DNA from: Laetmonice hystrix
Lineage: Eukaryota
DNA: 64,000 bases
Assembly (NCBI GenBank): GCA_965235115.1
Contig: OZ249439.1
Coordinates: 24,490,001 to 24,554,000, forward strand
Direction: 5' to 3'
The position numbers and the translations under genes were made by a program. Within the stretch, counting starts at the first letter, position 1, and every line of letters begins with the position of its first letter. The notes below the pieces were generated by a model. The model was not told the origin of the DNA and ran no database searches. It saw nothing but the letters and a program-made list of their open reading frames with translations. Of this stretch, positions 25,408-39,314 are shown piece by piece.

Positions 25408-26015
25408 GCTGCCTTCCCATTCATACCCGGCTTCGTGTTGTGCGCCGTTGCTAGCCAACCGTCCAAGGCTCCTGTTTACATGTCCCCAACACGCGTCGAC
25501 ATGTTTAATTCACGACGCAATTCATTGTGTGCAGCATCGGTCGACTCTTTACACACGAGTTCCTGGATCATTCTATCTTTAGCATTTTGCCACAGTTTTC
25601 ACGGACCAGTTCACGGAACTAGCAACATCTTGGGACACGTGATACACTGGGCAACCATCTGGTACATCGTCAATCTTTCTTTGTGCTATTAACAATACAA
25701 ATGTACCTTTTTAAGTGTACTATATCCATTATTTAACATGATTTCTTATACTAATGTCGTTGAACTGACACATATTGTGCTACTATTTAACACATGCAAT
25801 TAATGAATTTTAAAAAAGATACGAAACTGAGGGCATTTCGTATTTGGGCTTCAAACCTCTTGGTTAATCAACGCGACTAAAAAGTTTAATATAGCCGTTC
25901 CATCTGTTCCCCTTTTGCTGCCTTCAAAGGATGTAAACACTTTTGTTGAAAATCTAAGTCATTGATGTTCATTCAGCAAGTCTCTATTCATTACACGTCT
26001 ATATATGTGCTTTCA

Positions 26016-26343
26016 CTGACGACATGCGACACCGATACTGGTAGTGTGTTTTACCTGATGACGTGCGACACCAATGTCGGTGGTGTGTTTAACCTGACGA
26101 CGTGCGACACCAATGTCGGTGGTGTGTTTAACCTGACGACGTGCGACACCAATACCGGGGGTGTGTTTTACGTGAGACACTAATGCCGGTGGTGTGTTTA
26201 ACCTGATGACGCGAGACACCAATGCCGGTGGTGTGTTTTACGTGAGACACCAATGCCGGTGGTGTGTTTAACCTGATGACGCGAGACACCAATGCCGGTG
26301 GTGTGTTTTACGTGAGACACCAATGCCGGTGGTGTGTTTAACC
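26016..26343. repeat. Compound minisatellite of 39-bp and 31-bp units
   Basis: The core GACACCAATGYCGGTGGTGTGTTT recurs with spacings 39, 39, 39, 31, 39, 31, 39, 31. Confidence 0.93.
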
Positions 26344-26652
26344 CACTTCACAACCCGTACCGGTGTACCGAATGACAACACCCCTATACCTTTAGCAACC
26401 GTGACCGACTTTTCCTAAATTTTGTTAATCCGATCATGACGTAGTTTCACATTACTCCAACACGATATTAATATCTAATCCAAAAATCTTCTCATTGGTC
26501 TACTTCGAATTTTTGGATGACCTCATTTCGAACCATCATGTCTCATGGTTTGTAACCGTCCGTGTACTTTCACCTCGCGTGGGGAGCAGCCGGCCCCTTC
26601 CAGCGGCCACCGCTGGTCACTCTGACCTCACCAGCCCCTATCCAAACGTTTA

Positions 26653-26707
26653 CCTTCACCCTATCTATAACCTTCACCCTATCTACAACCTTCAACCTAT
26701 CTATAAC
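26653..26707. repeat. Short tandem repeat, 3 x 18 bp (CCTTCAMCCTATCTAYAA)
   Basis: Three consecutive near-identical 18-mers. Confidence 0.85.
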
Positions 26708-26997
26708 CCGGCTTAAGTTGATGGCAATTACCTGCGCACACAAGACCACAAAAGGAGAGCAAATATTAACGACCATTAGTCGTGAAGGGACTCGTGATAA
26801 AGTTGTCGACTGTGTGTTTCTACGGTAAGTCATGTGGCCACGTGTCGACTTCACGATCCCCACACAGACACACCCAAACGACTTCCATACACAAAAAAAG
26901 GACATGTTTAAAGGGATATGTTTTGTTTAAACAAGAGCTCAACGCTTCTGATTGGCTGGTTCAAGAAGAATACGCAGCCAATCAGAAGCCAATCCAG

Positions 26998-27121
26998 GGC
27001 CGGTTTACAAGCAACGTCAAGTCAATTCTAAACAACTTGAAGTCAATTTTACTCGAATCTGATTGGTTAAAATGGATTTCAAGTTAATATAATTTACTTG
27101 ACTTTGCTTGTGAACCGGGCC
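26998..27121. mobile_element. Second Harbinger-like hairpin MITE with CAG target duplication
   Basis: CAG|GGCCGGTTTACAAGCAACGTCAAGT ... ACTTGACTTTGCTTGTGAACCGGGCC|CAG, with imperfect ~25-bp terminal inverted repeats. Confidence 0.75.
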
Positions 27122-29878
27122 CAGTTCCTAAATACTTCCGATCTTTCCTAAGTTTCAGCTCAACACCTCTGATTGGCTGGTCTGTGGAGAAAAAGACCTA
27201 CCTCCAAAAGATATAGTTCCATGATCACCATAGGGGGGATCCATTACAGTGAACTGTACATATTTACCTACGTCAAATTATTCAGAGTTACTGATTTTCC
27301 TGATTTCCACTTTGAAGCATTTTCCATCCGCCAACGGAGCAGTGCTCAGATTACCGGCCCGAAATATGTATAAACCTTCGTCCGATTCGTCTCTGTCATC
27401 TGTATCAATGAGATAATAAGTTCACACACGGCCTATACCTGACTACAGGCGGCCAGTTTATTCACATATCTCTCACACATTCTTTCTCCGATTGCTTCTA
27501 TCTTCCCACTTATCTTATCTTGCCTAACAATGTACGACGGGCGACGTTTTGGTTTGTCAAAATCAATTGGCAGAAACATGGTCGCCGCCACTAATTCCTT
27601 GTATCTGATCAATTATGCATACATACGATATTATAAACAGATATTCAGACTGTAATATAGTTACATAATGACCACATGAGATTCATTACAGTGAGCTATA
27701 TGCATCTACGTAAAGAAATCCGGATTGCTATACTAATTCAAACTCTTGTTTCGCACTGATGTGAATCCCCTCTACAGCCAAGAACCTCAAAGTTGACACA
27801 AACCGCGGTACATGCCCCAACAATATGAACATTACAATGTTATTCTCCAATCTGACATTCTCCTATTTCAGTCCATGTATCTTCACCGAGTTCCTATCAA
27901 TTCAGCACGAACCTGTCGAATTCACAGGCAGCCGACACATAATCCATATTGAGTACAGATACTTTTTCGTCCCTAAACGCCGGCCACTACATTGAACCCC
28001 GAACTCGATCCTCATGACCTGATCCGCCGCGTTATCCCGCGAGAGCTCCACAATTGCATCGAGTCTCCCTTGACATTTTCCTCAACATAAAATATTGGCG
28101 CGCATTGGTCCCGAGAGACCTTACACCATACGCCGAAAGGACAGCGCTCTCTCGCAAAACTGACCTTTTTTATATTATGTATTTCCACGAGTTTTACAAA
28201 TTTAGAAATTGGCCAGGAAATTTAATACGGGGGTTGCCATGCATCGTGCCAATGCTGTATGTGACCGCGTGCTGTTGAATCAAAGATTTACCGACAATAT
28301 ATTGAATGGCCAAAATGTTCTGTACATATCGCAAGCACTATGGATCATTCGGCAAATATTTGATTCTGTCATCAAGCGAGAATGATTGGGCTCGATTCCT
28401 GGATATACTGTGAAGGAGTTTAGTCGAAGTTTGCTGCATGGATGGACAAGGCGACGTTAAAAACCACCATTCACAGGTCCCTGCCCCGCCGGTCCTGACC
28501 ACTGGCCATTTCATAATTACAGTGTTCTATATCATTACAAATATTATAATGAAATATTGCGGACATTTCAATGGATCGACGATTTCTAATAAACAAAGTC
28601 TCGCAGCATGTTATAACTTTAGTGTTGTACTTTTCACGTGCCGCACTTGTTCGGAAACACAAACCCCAAGTTACAGAGAGGAAGAAGGCAGTAGATGAAC
28701 TATGTCACGATCCTCAACTCCTCATGCAGCGGCGACATTTGTCATGTGTGCTCATGAATGAAGGCAGAAAATTTGTCAAGGGTTGGGCTCGGCTGAATGA
28801 CATGGTTTGCCGTACGTGGTGTCTGGCTGTCAGCCCCCCCCCCCCGCCCCCCACCATTTTCACATTAATGAAGCTGACACGGCCCCGCCGTGGTGTTTGT
28901 GTGGGGGGTTGGTGGGGGGGGGGGGCTGAGCCCTCGGTTCAGGATTGACCCAGTCTGCCCTGGCCCTCTGTTTGCCTCCTCCGTCTCTGTGTCAATGCGC
29001 CCCCCGCCCCCGTCCCATTCAGACCGAGTAAAGATGAATGAACTACCAGCGGACCCAGATCACATGGGGGCGGGGGGTGAGCGGCCTGCCTAGGAACGCA
29101 TCGATTATCGTCATTCTTTGGCTCAGCAAACAATGCCTCTAGCGGGAACACCGAACAGTCTGAGGGTTATGAATAGAATTACAGGAATTAGCTGCACAAC
29201 TATCAATCCATCAAAGGAAAATACCACCACAATATGCTCCGCCATGTACTTTTTCACCCAGAAAGTATTTTTTACAATATGGGAAGGCCAATTAGTGTCT
29301 GCTATTTTTATTAACCTTTGTGTTCGACTTTGGCTGACATCTAAAAGTGTTAGCGTATGTTCTACTCCAGTGACCCCCAGGCTCCAGTTAAACCCCAGCT
29401 GCAGAACACAGGGAGTGCATGGCGTCCTACATACTACTAAATACTCAAGGGAATAGATTCATTACATCCGATATGCCCAAACGGGACCTCCTATTACATG
29501 ATTTAAAATTATACTAACTCTTCAACTTTTTGAAATTTTTAAATAATCATGCACTAAAATTACGAACGAACATTTCGACACTGCAATATAGATGTAGGGC
29601 ATAGCAACAAAGGTCTCTACGAATTGAAGCAAAATAAATTCCCTGATCAAAACCCATGAACCTAAAACAGCGTAAACAATTTTTGATGGATACTTGGTAA
29701 ACACAGCTAATTACACAAGTCTCTAGCTGCCCCTCCCCTTGAGTGGTAGGTTTTCTCTTTTAGAAGTATCATGCGGGGCCCCCCACCCCCCACCCCATGG
29801 AAATGGCCCGATCCTCCATGGGCCGCCTTCCCATTCCCGACGATGGGATTTGGGTTCGTATAGGGGTTCTGCCGAGCC

Positions 29879-29949
29879 GATTAGTTTTACTGGTGGAGAA
29901 CCCGGGAGTACCCAGGGGAACCATCGACTCTGCAGCAAGTAGCTGACAA
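29879..29949 (-). mobile_element. SINE central-domain remnant (Meta-domain-like)
   Basis: The reverse complement GTTGTCAGCTACTTGCTGCAGAGTCGATGGTTCCCCTGGGTACTCCCGGGTTCTCCACCAGTAAAACTAATC resembles the invertebrate SINE core ...GTCAGTGACTTGCGGCAGGTCGGTGGTTTTCTCCGGGTACTCCGGTTTCCTCCACCAATAAAACTGA, recalled from memory and not searched. No tRNA-derived head is seen. Confidence 0.6.
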
Positions 29950-30015
29950 CCCGCAGAAGAGAATTCCAGTGCTGCCACTAGGGTTCATCCCTGACAGTAA
30001 GAAAAAGTATCAGAC

Positions 30016-30018
<3 letters not shown>

Positions 30019-30047
<29 letters not shown>
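30019..30047. repeat. (CA)n microsatellite
   Basis: About 14 CA units. Confidence 0.95.
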
Positions 30048-30052
<5 letters not shown>

Positions 30053-31473
30053 GACTTTTGAACCACTTTGGAGCAGTACATTACTAACATATAGACATAA
30101 GACATGTTGATTGGAGCAATTCCTTTGCATAACTCCTAATACTCTACCAGCCCGCAAATACTACTCAAAACTTCGTTCGAACCAAAATCTGTTAAATGGT
30201 AAACACGCTTTTATACGCGAGTACGACATCACGCTAAATGTTAGTAAAACTCAAAAGAAGGGATTGAAAAAGTATTTAAAGGTATTAAGGCCACGAAATT
30301 TGATTTTTTTCTGTCAAACGGATGAAAAAAGGCTAAGAGTATTTGACCTAAAAAAGGTATAAAAAGTATATTTCAGCAAAAGGCTGAAAAAACGTATTTA
30401 CTTTTAAAAAAAAGTATAAATTGGCAGCACTGGGATTCTAACTGGTGAGTTTAGAGCTAGGTCCCGTGATGACGAGATCCTTAGAACACTGCACTCTGAG
30501 GCCCCATGAACCACAAATGTTGCAATCCAAGATCTTATACATAGAGATCGAAATAAAGAAGAAACAAGATTTGACACCAAACGTGTTTTGTGTTGGCTTT
30601 TGGTCCCTGGACATATTTGTCCGATGGTCAACATGGTAAGGGGTGGGGATAGGGGCGGGGTTGGGGGCGGGGTTCTAGGCAGGCGTCATTCACCAAACCT
30701 ACAACCGGCCCATGTATCATCACATCGTCTGGTGACTTGACCACACCCAGGTCACCGGTATACACTGACCGACTCCCATTGTCCATACAGGTCCCAGCCA
30801 TGGCTGACTTCATATGCCGTCCCTCCTACCATATCTCCGCCGTTCACTAGGCCTACGCCTGTTTAAAACAACAGGACCACAATGGGCCAGCTGCCAGTCC
30901 TCATCTCTAGACGACTCAGCCGAGCCTTGAGACAAACAGGAAGAGTTCGTCTTCTTACTTCCGCGTCATATTATGAGGTCTCTGGGGCAGCGCAGTTCAC
31001 TAAAGGCTACAACAGTTCACTAACTGTGGGTGGTGATAGTTAGTTTCTTTTACCAAAACGGAATAAAGACGACCCGCTTCCTTTCTTTCACACAACAGGC
31101 AACAATAACGGTGAAACATTCCTGAAAAGTTTGTCCTCACAAGACTTTAGCAAAACGTTCAGAATGTTGAAATAACTAAACCAATGAAACACTTTGAAGA
31201 GCCCGCAAAACGTTCATCCTCTCCTGTTCAAGCACATTAGGATGAACGGAATGGTATGAAGTTTGAGGATATAGGGCGGGGAGGATGTCCCGGGATGTTA
31301 GTGAGGTCGGGGAGCAGGAAGGGGAGGGGAAGGAGTATTAATGCCATGAAAATCACATCCCGCCTCGGCCTGACCTGACGCCATTCAGCTTGCCTTAATC
31401 CTAACCTAAACTTTCTCTGAATAGATATTTGTCAAGACATAAAAATACTATACATGTAGTTGGATTTGTACGT

Positions 31474-31568
31474 CCGGTGTGATATGAAAATTGGACCCCC
31501 CATATTATGGACCCCCGGTCCATATTTCATAGTGACATTTGGACCCCCCATTTTGCATCTCACACCGG
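31474..31568. mobile_element. Small unclassified TIR element with internal GGACCCCC repeats
   Basis: The left end CCGGTGTGATATGAAAAT pairs with the right end ATTTTGCATCTCACACCGG, and there are three internal TGGACCCCC motifs. No clean target duplication is visible. Confidence 0.6.
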
Positions 31569-34544
31569 CCGTAGGGTCGGACGGACGTTCGACCGTCGAT
31601 AGAAACCTTAACCTTATAGAGACAGATATGTGAAACGACTGATAGAAAGATAAAGATCTAATCGTGATATAACAAAAACACATTCAGGGACTACAATGTA
31701 AGATGAGATGAAAGAAGTATGACAGGTTAATTAACAAAATAATTAAAAAATACTTATAACGGCGGGACCATCACTTGACATGTTCTGTACTTTCCAAAAG
31801 TTATTCGATCTTTGAGGATCATCATTCATAATTCCTTCGACATGGCCTCGAATCACAGTTGATGTCACTAGCTGTTAGAACAATTATTTGCAAACACATG
31901 CACCGACTTAAGGTAAAAAAACCCCAGTGCTTTAAAAAACCCGGAAATACCTTCGTCAAGTAGAATGTATACGTCTAATGTACTTGTCATATAAGGCACG
32001 TATAATCTACATCAATTTCCTTCATAACAAATGAGACTTCAAGCGAAAAAAGAACAGAATTAAGTTTACAGCGTGCAATCCCCACGACAACTCATTCCTT
32101 CGCAAAGACAACTTTCAACTACACTCATATAGGCCTATAACGCAAGAAAATCTGTCAGAAATCATAGCACACTTTCATAGACATTCTGATCTTCATACCC
32201 TCCGCTTCCTCTAACAGTCCTCATGACTACTGTCTTCACGTTGTTACGTTGATACGTTGTTAAAATCAAGCCTGTTCTATTGCTTTACTTGACTAATTTG
32301 ACGAGTGTTTCAATGCCCTCATTCTATATGTTCGCAGCTACTTAAGTTGATAATTACATGTGTACCTCCTGGTTTAATTACCCCCTACGGGCAGGTTCAG
32401 AGGTGGTCAATGTATGCAAGTAAAGACGTGTTATGACGGGACATGTCGGGGCGTGGCCTCTGGTGTTCAAACAACCAATCAGTCGACGCCGCACCGAATG
32501 ATTGACATACACAAGAGATATCAGGGATACAACCAACCAGCATCCATCCGACAGAGCCATCCACTCACCGAAAATAGAAGCAGAAGCAGAAGAAGAAGAA
32601 GACTACAGGATCGTCTGGTGTTTCATCCTAAGTGACTGAATGAGTTTCTACAGTTAAACCCAACTTCATCATCACCTAACCTGGCAACACATTTCCAAGT
32701 CTCTCTCTAGAATACAGGTCCGATGGCTTGGTCAGGAAGTCTGTGTTGTTGTATTAATTAAATTCCTTTCACATCTGTAATCATACTGTTTAGCTGTACA
32801 GAGTGCCACATTCGACGGGTCACATTTTAATGGTTTAAACGTCCAACCCATCGTTTCAATACCACCTTCTCAATGTCATAAATCCTATAAGGCTCAGATT
32901 ATGAGTGGGTATAAGTGCAACATACATGGAATGTATTAAATTCGCTGAGAATACTCACATACGAAAGGTCCCTGTGGAAATGTACTTCCAGGAACTGCAC
33001 TTAATGAATAAGATTATAATGATTACTCATTATTTTTAAAGCTTTATAATTATACCGTCTATAGTGTCCAGTCCTTCTTCGTGTAATAATGTAAATTGAT
33101 TATCCTTTCACTAAGGTCCGAGGTAAGGTTTTGCCTCGGTTCCACGAAACATAATTACCTCACCTCGACCTATCTGTACTTGTCCGCCACCAAGGCCAAT
33201 CAGTCCGACTTTGTCTGAACTTAGCTGAACTTAGTATGATTTCTTTATCACGTTCGAGTGTCTGGTCAGTAGTACATGAGCCAACACCAAAGAGACTAGC
33301 TAAAAGAACAAGATGCGTGCTTGATCCTTTGAAACGTTACCACTGAAGGAATGCCTCGATTGAAGCCACACAGTAAAGGTGTTCTTGGGCGCCACTGATT
33401 GTGTGCTGATAGACGGAGTGAAAAAAATGGTACAAATGAGTCAGATACAGAAACGTACCAGGTTACAAAAAAATGTTCTTGCAAGATGTAAGACACCATG
33501 CATGAGACACAGCGTAAATGTTTTTTTTAATTGGTCCCTTGCCCCTGGAGTGGGCCTACACTTGGCCCGCACCTTGGAGTTGACTTAATAAAAATGGGAA
33601 TTTAACGTATCTCAATGCTTTCTGATTGGCTATCCTCACATGTCCATCCAATCCGGGTTTTTTTTAGTCCCGAGTCTATGTGATGTGCCCCCACTTGTAT
33701 GTACCATACTGCAGGCGCTCCTCACCATTCTGCCTAGACAAGTGGTAGTAGACATAGGAAGAGACTCTACTTAGACAAGTCGTAGAAGCAGCTGTCTGTC
33801 GGCGCTACAAGCGGCCAACATCGACAGCCAGGCGAGCAGGTGTTTCCATCGGAATATCCGCTGTTGGCAGGGACAGGCACACGCCCAGACAATAACACAA
33901 ACCAACACTAATCAGTAAACCATAGACGGGGGGGGGGTAACCATTTTTGTGGGGATTCTAATACATTTGGTTCCTGGATATCTTGAAAGAGTTGCAGTGC
34001 ATAAAAAAAACGGGTGTAAGATTTTAAGATAAATATTTCGTTTTTAACAGTTATTTTTTCCCTCATGTATCAGAGATATCCTGCAAAACGCGGTGGTTAA
34101 TAACGGGGTATATAATATATAATATAACGTCAACAACGATCACCTAGTGTGAGTGCAGGACAGATTGCCCCATGAAGCACAGTTAAACTTCCTCGTAAAT
34201 GCCACCACATACAGAAAGCATGACTTAGAGAAACCTGAATTCCTCCCACACAGGATGCGGTTTGCCCATAGACATCCTGATAGACAAAAAAACACACTCT
34301 GTTTTCTCCTGGGGGAGGGAGCGGGAAAAAGTTTAGAACATCTGAAATCTTTGCCACATTCAACAGCAGCTGTTCTTCCAGGACAGATCCGTGTTTCTAC
34401 TGCACAGCTGATACAGAGAGAAGAGATGACGACTTACATGCACCACAATCTGGTCTTGACATAAAACAACGCTTTATCTAATGTCCTTATATCAGCGTCC
34501 AGTTCTACATTTGTACGAACGCTGATCAAGGAGGAACTACGTGG

Positions 34545-34670
34545 GGGAGGGGGAAGAAGAAGTGTAGGAAGGGGAGGAGAGAGAGGAGGAGGAGAGGAAG
34601 AGGAGGAGATTAGGAGAAGGAGGAATATGCAAGAGCATGAGGAGCAGGAGCAGGAGGAGCAAGAGGAATA
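34545..34670. repeat. Purine-rich low-complexity tract (GGA/GAG/GCA triplets)
   Basis: Direct reading; it gives the poly-S/L/P stretches in the ORF track. Confidence 0.8.
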
Positions 34671-35337
34671 CGAATCGGAAAACTGATGCCGTTTTAAACC
34701 TGTTTGCCAGAAGGATAGTATAGACGCTTTGGTGTGCCAGCGACAACCCATGCAGGCCGGCTGTATTGGGGGAAAAAATCCCGACATACTTGTTCTATGA
34801 CTGCCACCATCACCATGCAGGCGGCCATGTGGTCCCCAGCCCCTTCAAGCCACAATCACACACTTTGCCACAATACATCTGCTTGCCACATTCCTATTCA
34901 CCAACTGCCTGCTACACTTCCTTGGCCATCGCACAACAGAACTGCTCGAGCTAAAACCGTCGGCATTTTTGTGGGGGTCTCTTCAGTGACATTTCCAAAG
35001 TGAGGCGCCTACAATCAACTCATAAAATGTTATCGCTCTATAACTCATTCCCTGAAATTGAAATAAAACTCCTTTGAAAGCTAGGGAATACTGGGTGGAT
35101 GCAATTTTACCCAGGATTGACATTAGCATTCCTCTGGCAGAGTTTTTAGCCAAGACGGAGTTGCCAACAGCCATGCCGACAGGAATAACTTGTGGCCTGT
35201 ATTTGGCATTCCTGTACCAGCCCAGGGCACAGAATGTATAATGTTAGATCAAGTCCATCAAGTTATGAATTCACCTTTCAATTGCATGATCCATGCATGT
35301 GGAAATTCTTCAACAAACGCTGTCTCTTCGAATCAAC

Positions 35338-35483
35338 NNNNNNNNNNNNNNNNNNNNNNNNNNNNNNNNNNNNNNNNNNNNNNNNNNNNNNNNNNNNNNN
35401 NNNNNNNNNNNNNNNNNNNNNNNNNNNNNNNNNNNNNNNNNNNNNNNNNNNNNNNNNNNNNNNNNNNNNNNNNNNNNNNNNNN
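35338..35483. other. Assembly gap (146 N)
   Basis: Run of N bases; ORFs crossing it are not interpretable. Confidence 1.
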
Positions 35484-38400
35484 AAACATGGAGAAGACTA
35501 TAAAGTGGCATGTATCTCATTATTGTACCAGCTTCTGTTAACGTTCTGCAGACAACGTTCTGTGCCAGCCCATATAAAAGATCAGTTCATCAAAATGTTA
35601 TGGCTGAAAATGGTAACCCTGCGCTGTGTCATTCACTGTCTGACTATATATTTTGTGAGGGGACCAGGTTGTCTGTTGGGTGGAAAAGATGAAGAAAAGA
35701 AATATGAGATACGCCTGACAAAAGGTTAGAAAAGTAAGCAGGAATTGATAGAGTCTAATTCCGTCAGGTTCAAATTAAAGTTGGATCGAGTGAAAGCTTC
35801 CGCGGCGTGACATCATTGATATCCTCCGCTCCCGTCTTGCACACTCAAACAAATGCAAAGAAATTACGTTATAAATTCAAGAAACTTCAACTAACCAAAC
35901 TTTGTTGAGTTTAGATGCATTATTGTCAGAAAGGCGAAGCTTCTGCGTCTGAAATGAATGTGTCTGTATTTAAAGTGTTGGCTTTAACGTTTACATTCAG
36001 TTATGTCTTTTTCTATGTGAATACATAGAGGTTGGTGGCAGGGTGAAGTGCTGAATATTATTATTATGTCTGGCTTGTTCCTTTACAAAGTAATCCAGGT
36101 CAGATAACTGACCCATCAGGATGATTGATTGCACTATTACGGGATAGGTTACTGAATAGGATCTAGCTCCAGTTGATGGAGCAGAAATTCAACAATTGTC
36201 ATAATCCGAGTCTTTAAGACGACCAGCCCCTGTTTGTCAATTCATCATTTTACGTTCAGGTATAGGCAAAGGTGTTTTCTAATTTGTGAACTGAGAGAGG
36301 GAGGGCTCAGCAAGAAAGTTGGACGACGTGCAATAAAGTGCCTTCATTTCCCTTCAATAGTCACAAAGCTGTAGTCAATGGACACATTTAATTTCAAAGA
36401 ACATTTTCAATGAGACCTGATCCATAATTGGAACGTGAGGAGCCCCGTACCAAAAACACCCCCTGAGTACTACACGATCATGAGGAGTTCCCTGTTGTTT
36501 CACTATAACCAACGTCTTTCTAATGAAAGAACAGGCAGACCAAACGGAGGTGGCTCTATTACAAGTCGACAATAGAAACAACCAGGATTCAATTCCCGCA
36601 GGAGTCGTTGACCTGCCCCATCCAAGTCCTACTGTGTCAATCACATCCTGACCGCACTGCTGGTGTTGGTGATACTACAACTGGACACTACAACCTCCCT
36701 GACCAGCCAACTCCGCTGGGAGAGTGTGACATTGGAAGCAATCCCCCTAGCTGGTGACCATGGCTGATGACCTGTGAGAACGGCCAGGAGAACAGCCGGC
36801 CCGACACCAGCGGGGTTATGGGTTAGTGGGATTAGGTTGTTCTCACGGTCACACGGCCCAGCCGTGGGAGGGCCGTGGGAGTGGTCCGGACGTCAATCAC
36901 CGCCATAGGGGCCGGATTTCCTGGGGGAAAGTTGGTCGGAAATATTTCGCAAGGTTCTCTAGATATCATGGTGCCACACTCAGATCTTCTGCCATGGGGT
37001 CATGTAAAAAACGGGTGGAAAGGTCTGCTAAGATCAAAAGGTCATTGGGTTCGATCGAGGTGAGAAATCTTTATATCAAATCCCCCTTAACGTCATGAGA
37101 GGTCACACGGATGTTTTGTGTTTGTGTCACAGTGACAAAAGATTGTGAACAGGTATGCTGTGATTTGTTTCTGTCTAGACCGTAGAGGTTGGACCACAGA
37201 AAGTCGGGAAACAGTTGGTTCTATCTTTTTAACAGACAGACCCCGGAAGGCGAACAACAAAACTTGACTCTGCCGTCACACCTGTTCCCCTGGCCACACA
37301 GACAAAAATTGTACAAGATCGAGAAAAAAATGCCACAGGTGTTAAATCGATACCACACGTGACCAACTAGGTATTCACCTTTAAACACGTTTTACCTTTG
37401 TTGTAGACAATTCGCCCCAAACTGCAAACAAATAAAACGTACAAGACAATAGTATCGTTCAGTGCGAACAGGTGCAAGAGTCAAGATTTGAATTTCTCTA
37501 ATTTGAAGGCAGTGCTAGCTTTGTCTGCAGTCGGCACCTGAGCTTCTAGAGTACCGTAAACACCAAGTCATGAAGTAGCTGGTACGCCGTACTATCAGAA
37601 ACATATGTATTTCAAAGTATACAATCTAAGTACATTTTGCTTTCAGACATCAATTTGAGGCACCAGGGTGGCGACAATCTGCCACTCTTTGAGTTTCAAC
37701 AATCGACTTCTCTGTCATTGTGTACAACACCACACTGCACCTCACGACTTCATTTGTCACGACTTGAAGAGTACTTTTTATTCACCTTCTTGCTCTGCCT
37801 TGGCCGGTTCAATTCAATGCCCTTTGACAACGGAATACTACTGCGCATATGATAGGGGCCATCTCAAAAGTTCACACGTTTTTTTCTAAATTAAATCAGT
37901 TTAATTTGGAGCCAGACCACCACCCCGCCCCCGATCTTAAAGTTTGGAAAACAATGGCTGAAAAATACATACAATCGTGATACCAGTCCCTGAATGCCCC
38001 AGTACATTAAGAATAGAGACCTAGCAGACAGAGAGACAGAACAAGAGATAGAGAGATAGAGAGAGAGTTACTCAAAATGACGTTTCTAATGAGAGTCAAG
38101 AGCCAGAATCATATAAGCGTCACCGTAATGTTTTGCCATGTTTACATGTCGGTAACCTTTTTCAAAAAGAGTCCCTGTCAAACTACAGCACGTGATGGCG
38201 TGTTGTAGTGTGGGATTTAGTAACTATTATAACAAGAAGAGAGTCGGTTTAAAAAACTGGACCCTTACAAGTTATTATTATGGCCCTGCATATATAGTAA
38301 AGTGAAAAGAGGGTGTGATGTGGTAGTTCAGGCGAGTAGGGGTCCATTTAGCGATGCCATAAAATAAAATAACTTAAGTCTTTTTTTTCAGTTACATGTA

Positions 38401-39314
38401 TTATATTATATTATATGCAACCGTGAGGTGTGTGTGGGTGGGCGGGGTGGCGAGGTATTACGTCATGCCAGTACGGACAATGCGTAAAACACGGAGACCT
38501 CTGGGGAGTGGACTCGTAGAGCTTGACGCCTACTAAATCTATAGGATTATTAAAGTTTATCCTTCAAGCCTGTTGGAATCAATGATTGTTGGCTGCCTTA
38601 CAACTGTGTCTGTACGCCCCCTCCTACTATCGAGCTCCCGCATGTCAGGACACAGCCAAGAAACGGCCTAATGGGCACAAGTTTTGGCACCTACAGTATA
38701 TCAATAATATACAACGCACTTCCTCAAACATTATATAATGCTAACGAAAACATACCACACATACTTACTTACACGTGGGGGCACGCCCCCCACCCCCACC
38801 CCCCAACGCCTCCACTCCTCCGCCCACACACACGCAAGCACCGAGAAAATCTTATATGCAAAAACGCAAAGAAACGAATATGCTGAAAAGAATGTTCGGC
38901 TTGCAAACAGTCTAGAGTTTCAAATCAAATTGAAATCGAATTTTAAATCCACTGGTTCTTCTAAAAGTTCACCGTTTATCGTCCGTAGACTAATCCGTGC
39001 ACTCCTATAATATCAGACCTGTCAGGGATAAAACAAAACTGACCAGCGTGTTGATAAAACCACATTCGTTGTGTCGTATCATGCGCCAGGCGTCGAGTTC
39101 CATATTTTCCCGCGGTGAAGGGAGCCTGCTCTTGGACCGGCTGAACGTAATTTATAATACATGTTCCGGCGCTTCCATAAGACCTCATCGTTAACGTCGC
39201 ATCACCCCGTAACGTGTACAATCAAATCAGTCTGTATGGAACACGCGTTCCATACGGACCACCGTATCCTCCCCCCCCCCCCCCAGAATGGCACTGGCAG
39301 ATAGAATGCGCATA

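Noticed and set aside
27780-27930. Second FN3-like trace ELGEDTWTEIG (minus strand)
   Set aside because: Flanked by multiple stops and lacking the N-terminal W..P and C-terminal Y.F.V.A motifs; consistent with chance.
30709-30762. AMP-binding enzyme-like motif YTGDLG...DDVMIHG (minus strand)
   Set aside because: The spacing to the GR.DD motif is about 12 residues too short, GR is absent, and no other adenylation motifs or splice sites are nearby.
32569-32626. Signal-peptide-like first exon (Leu run before CG|GTGAGT, minus strand)
   Set aside because: The ATG frame hits TAG after 7 codons, and the Leu-run frame has an upstream stop and no ATG. The run is a (CTT)n microsatellite.
35190-35729. 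ORFs spanning 35338-35483
   Set aside because: They are open only because the Ns translate as X.
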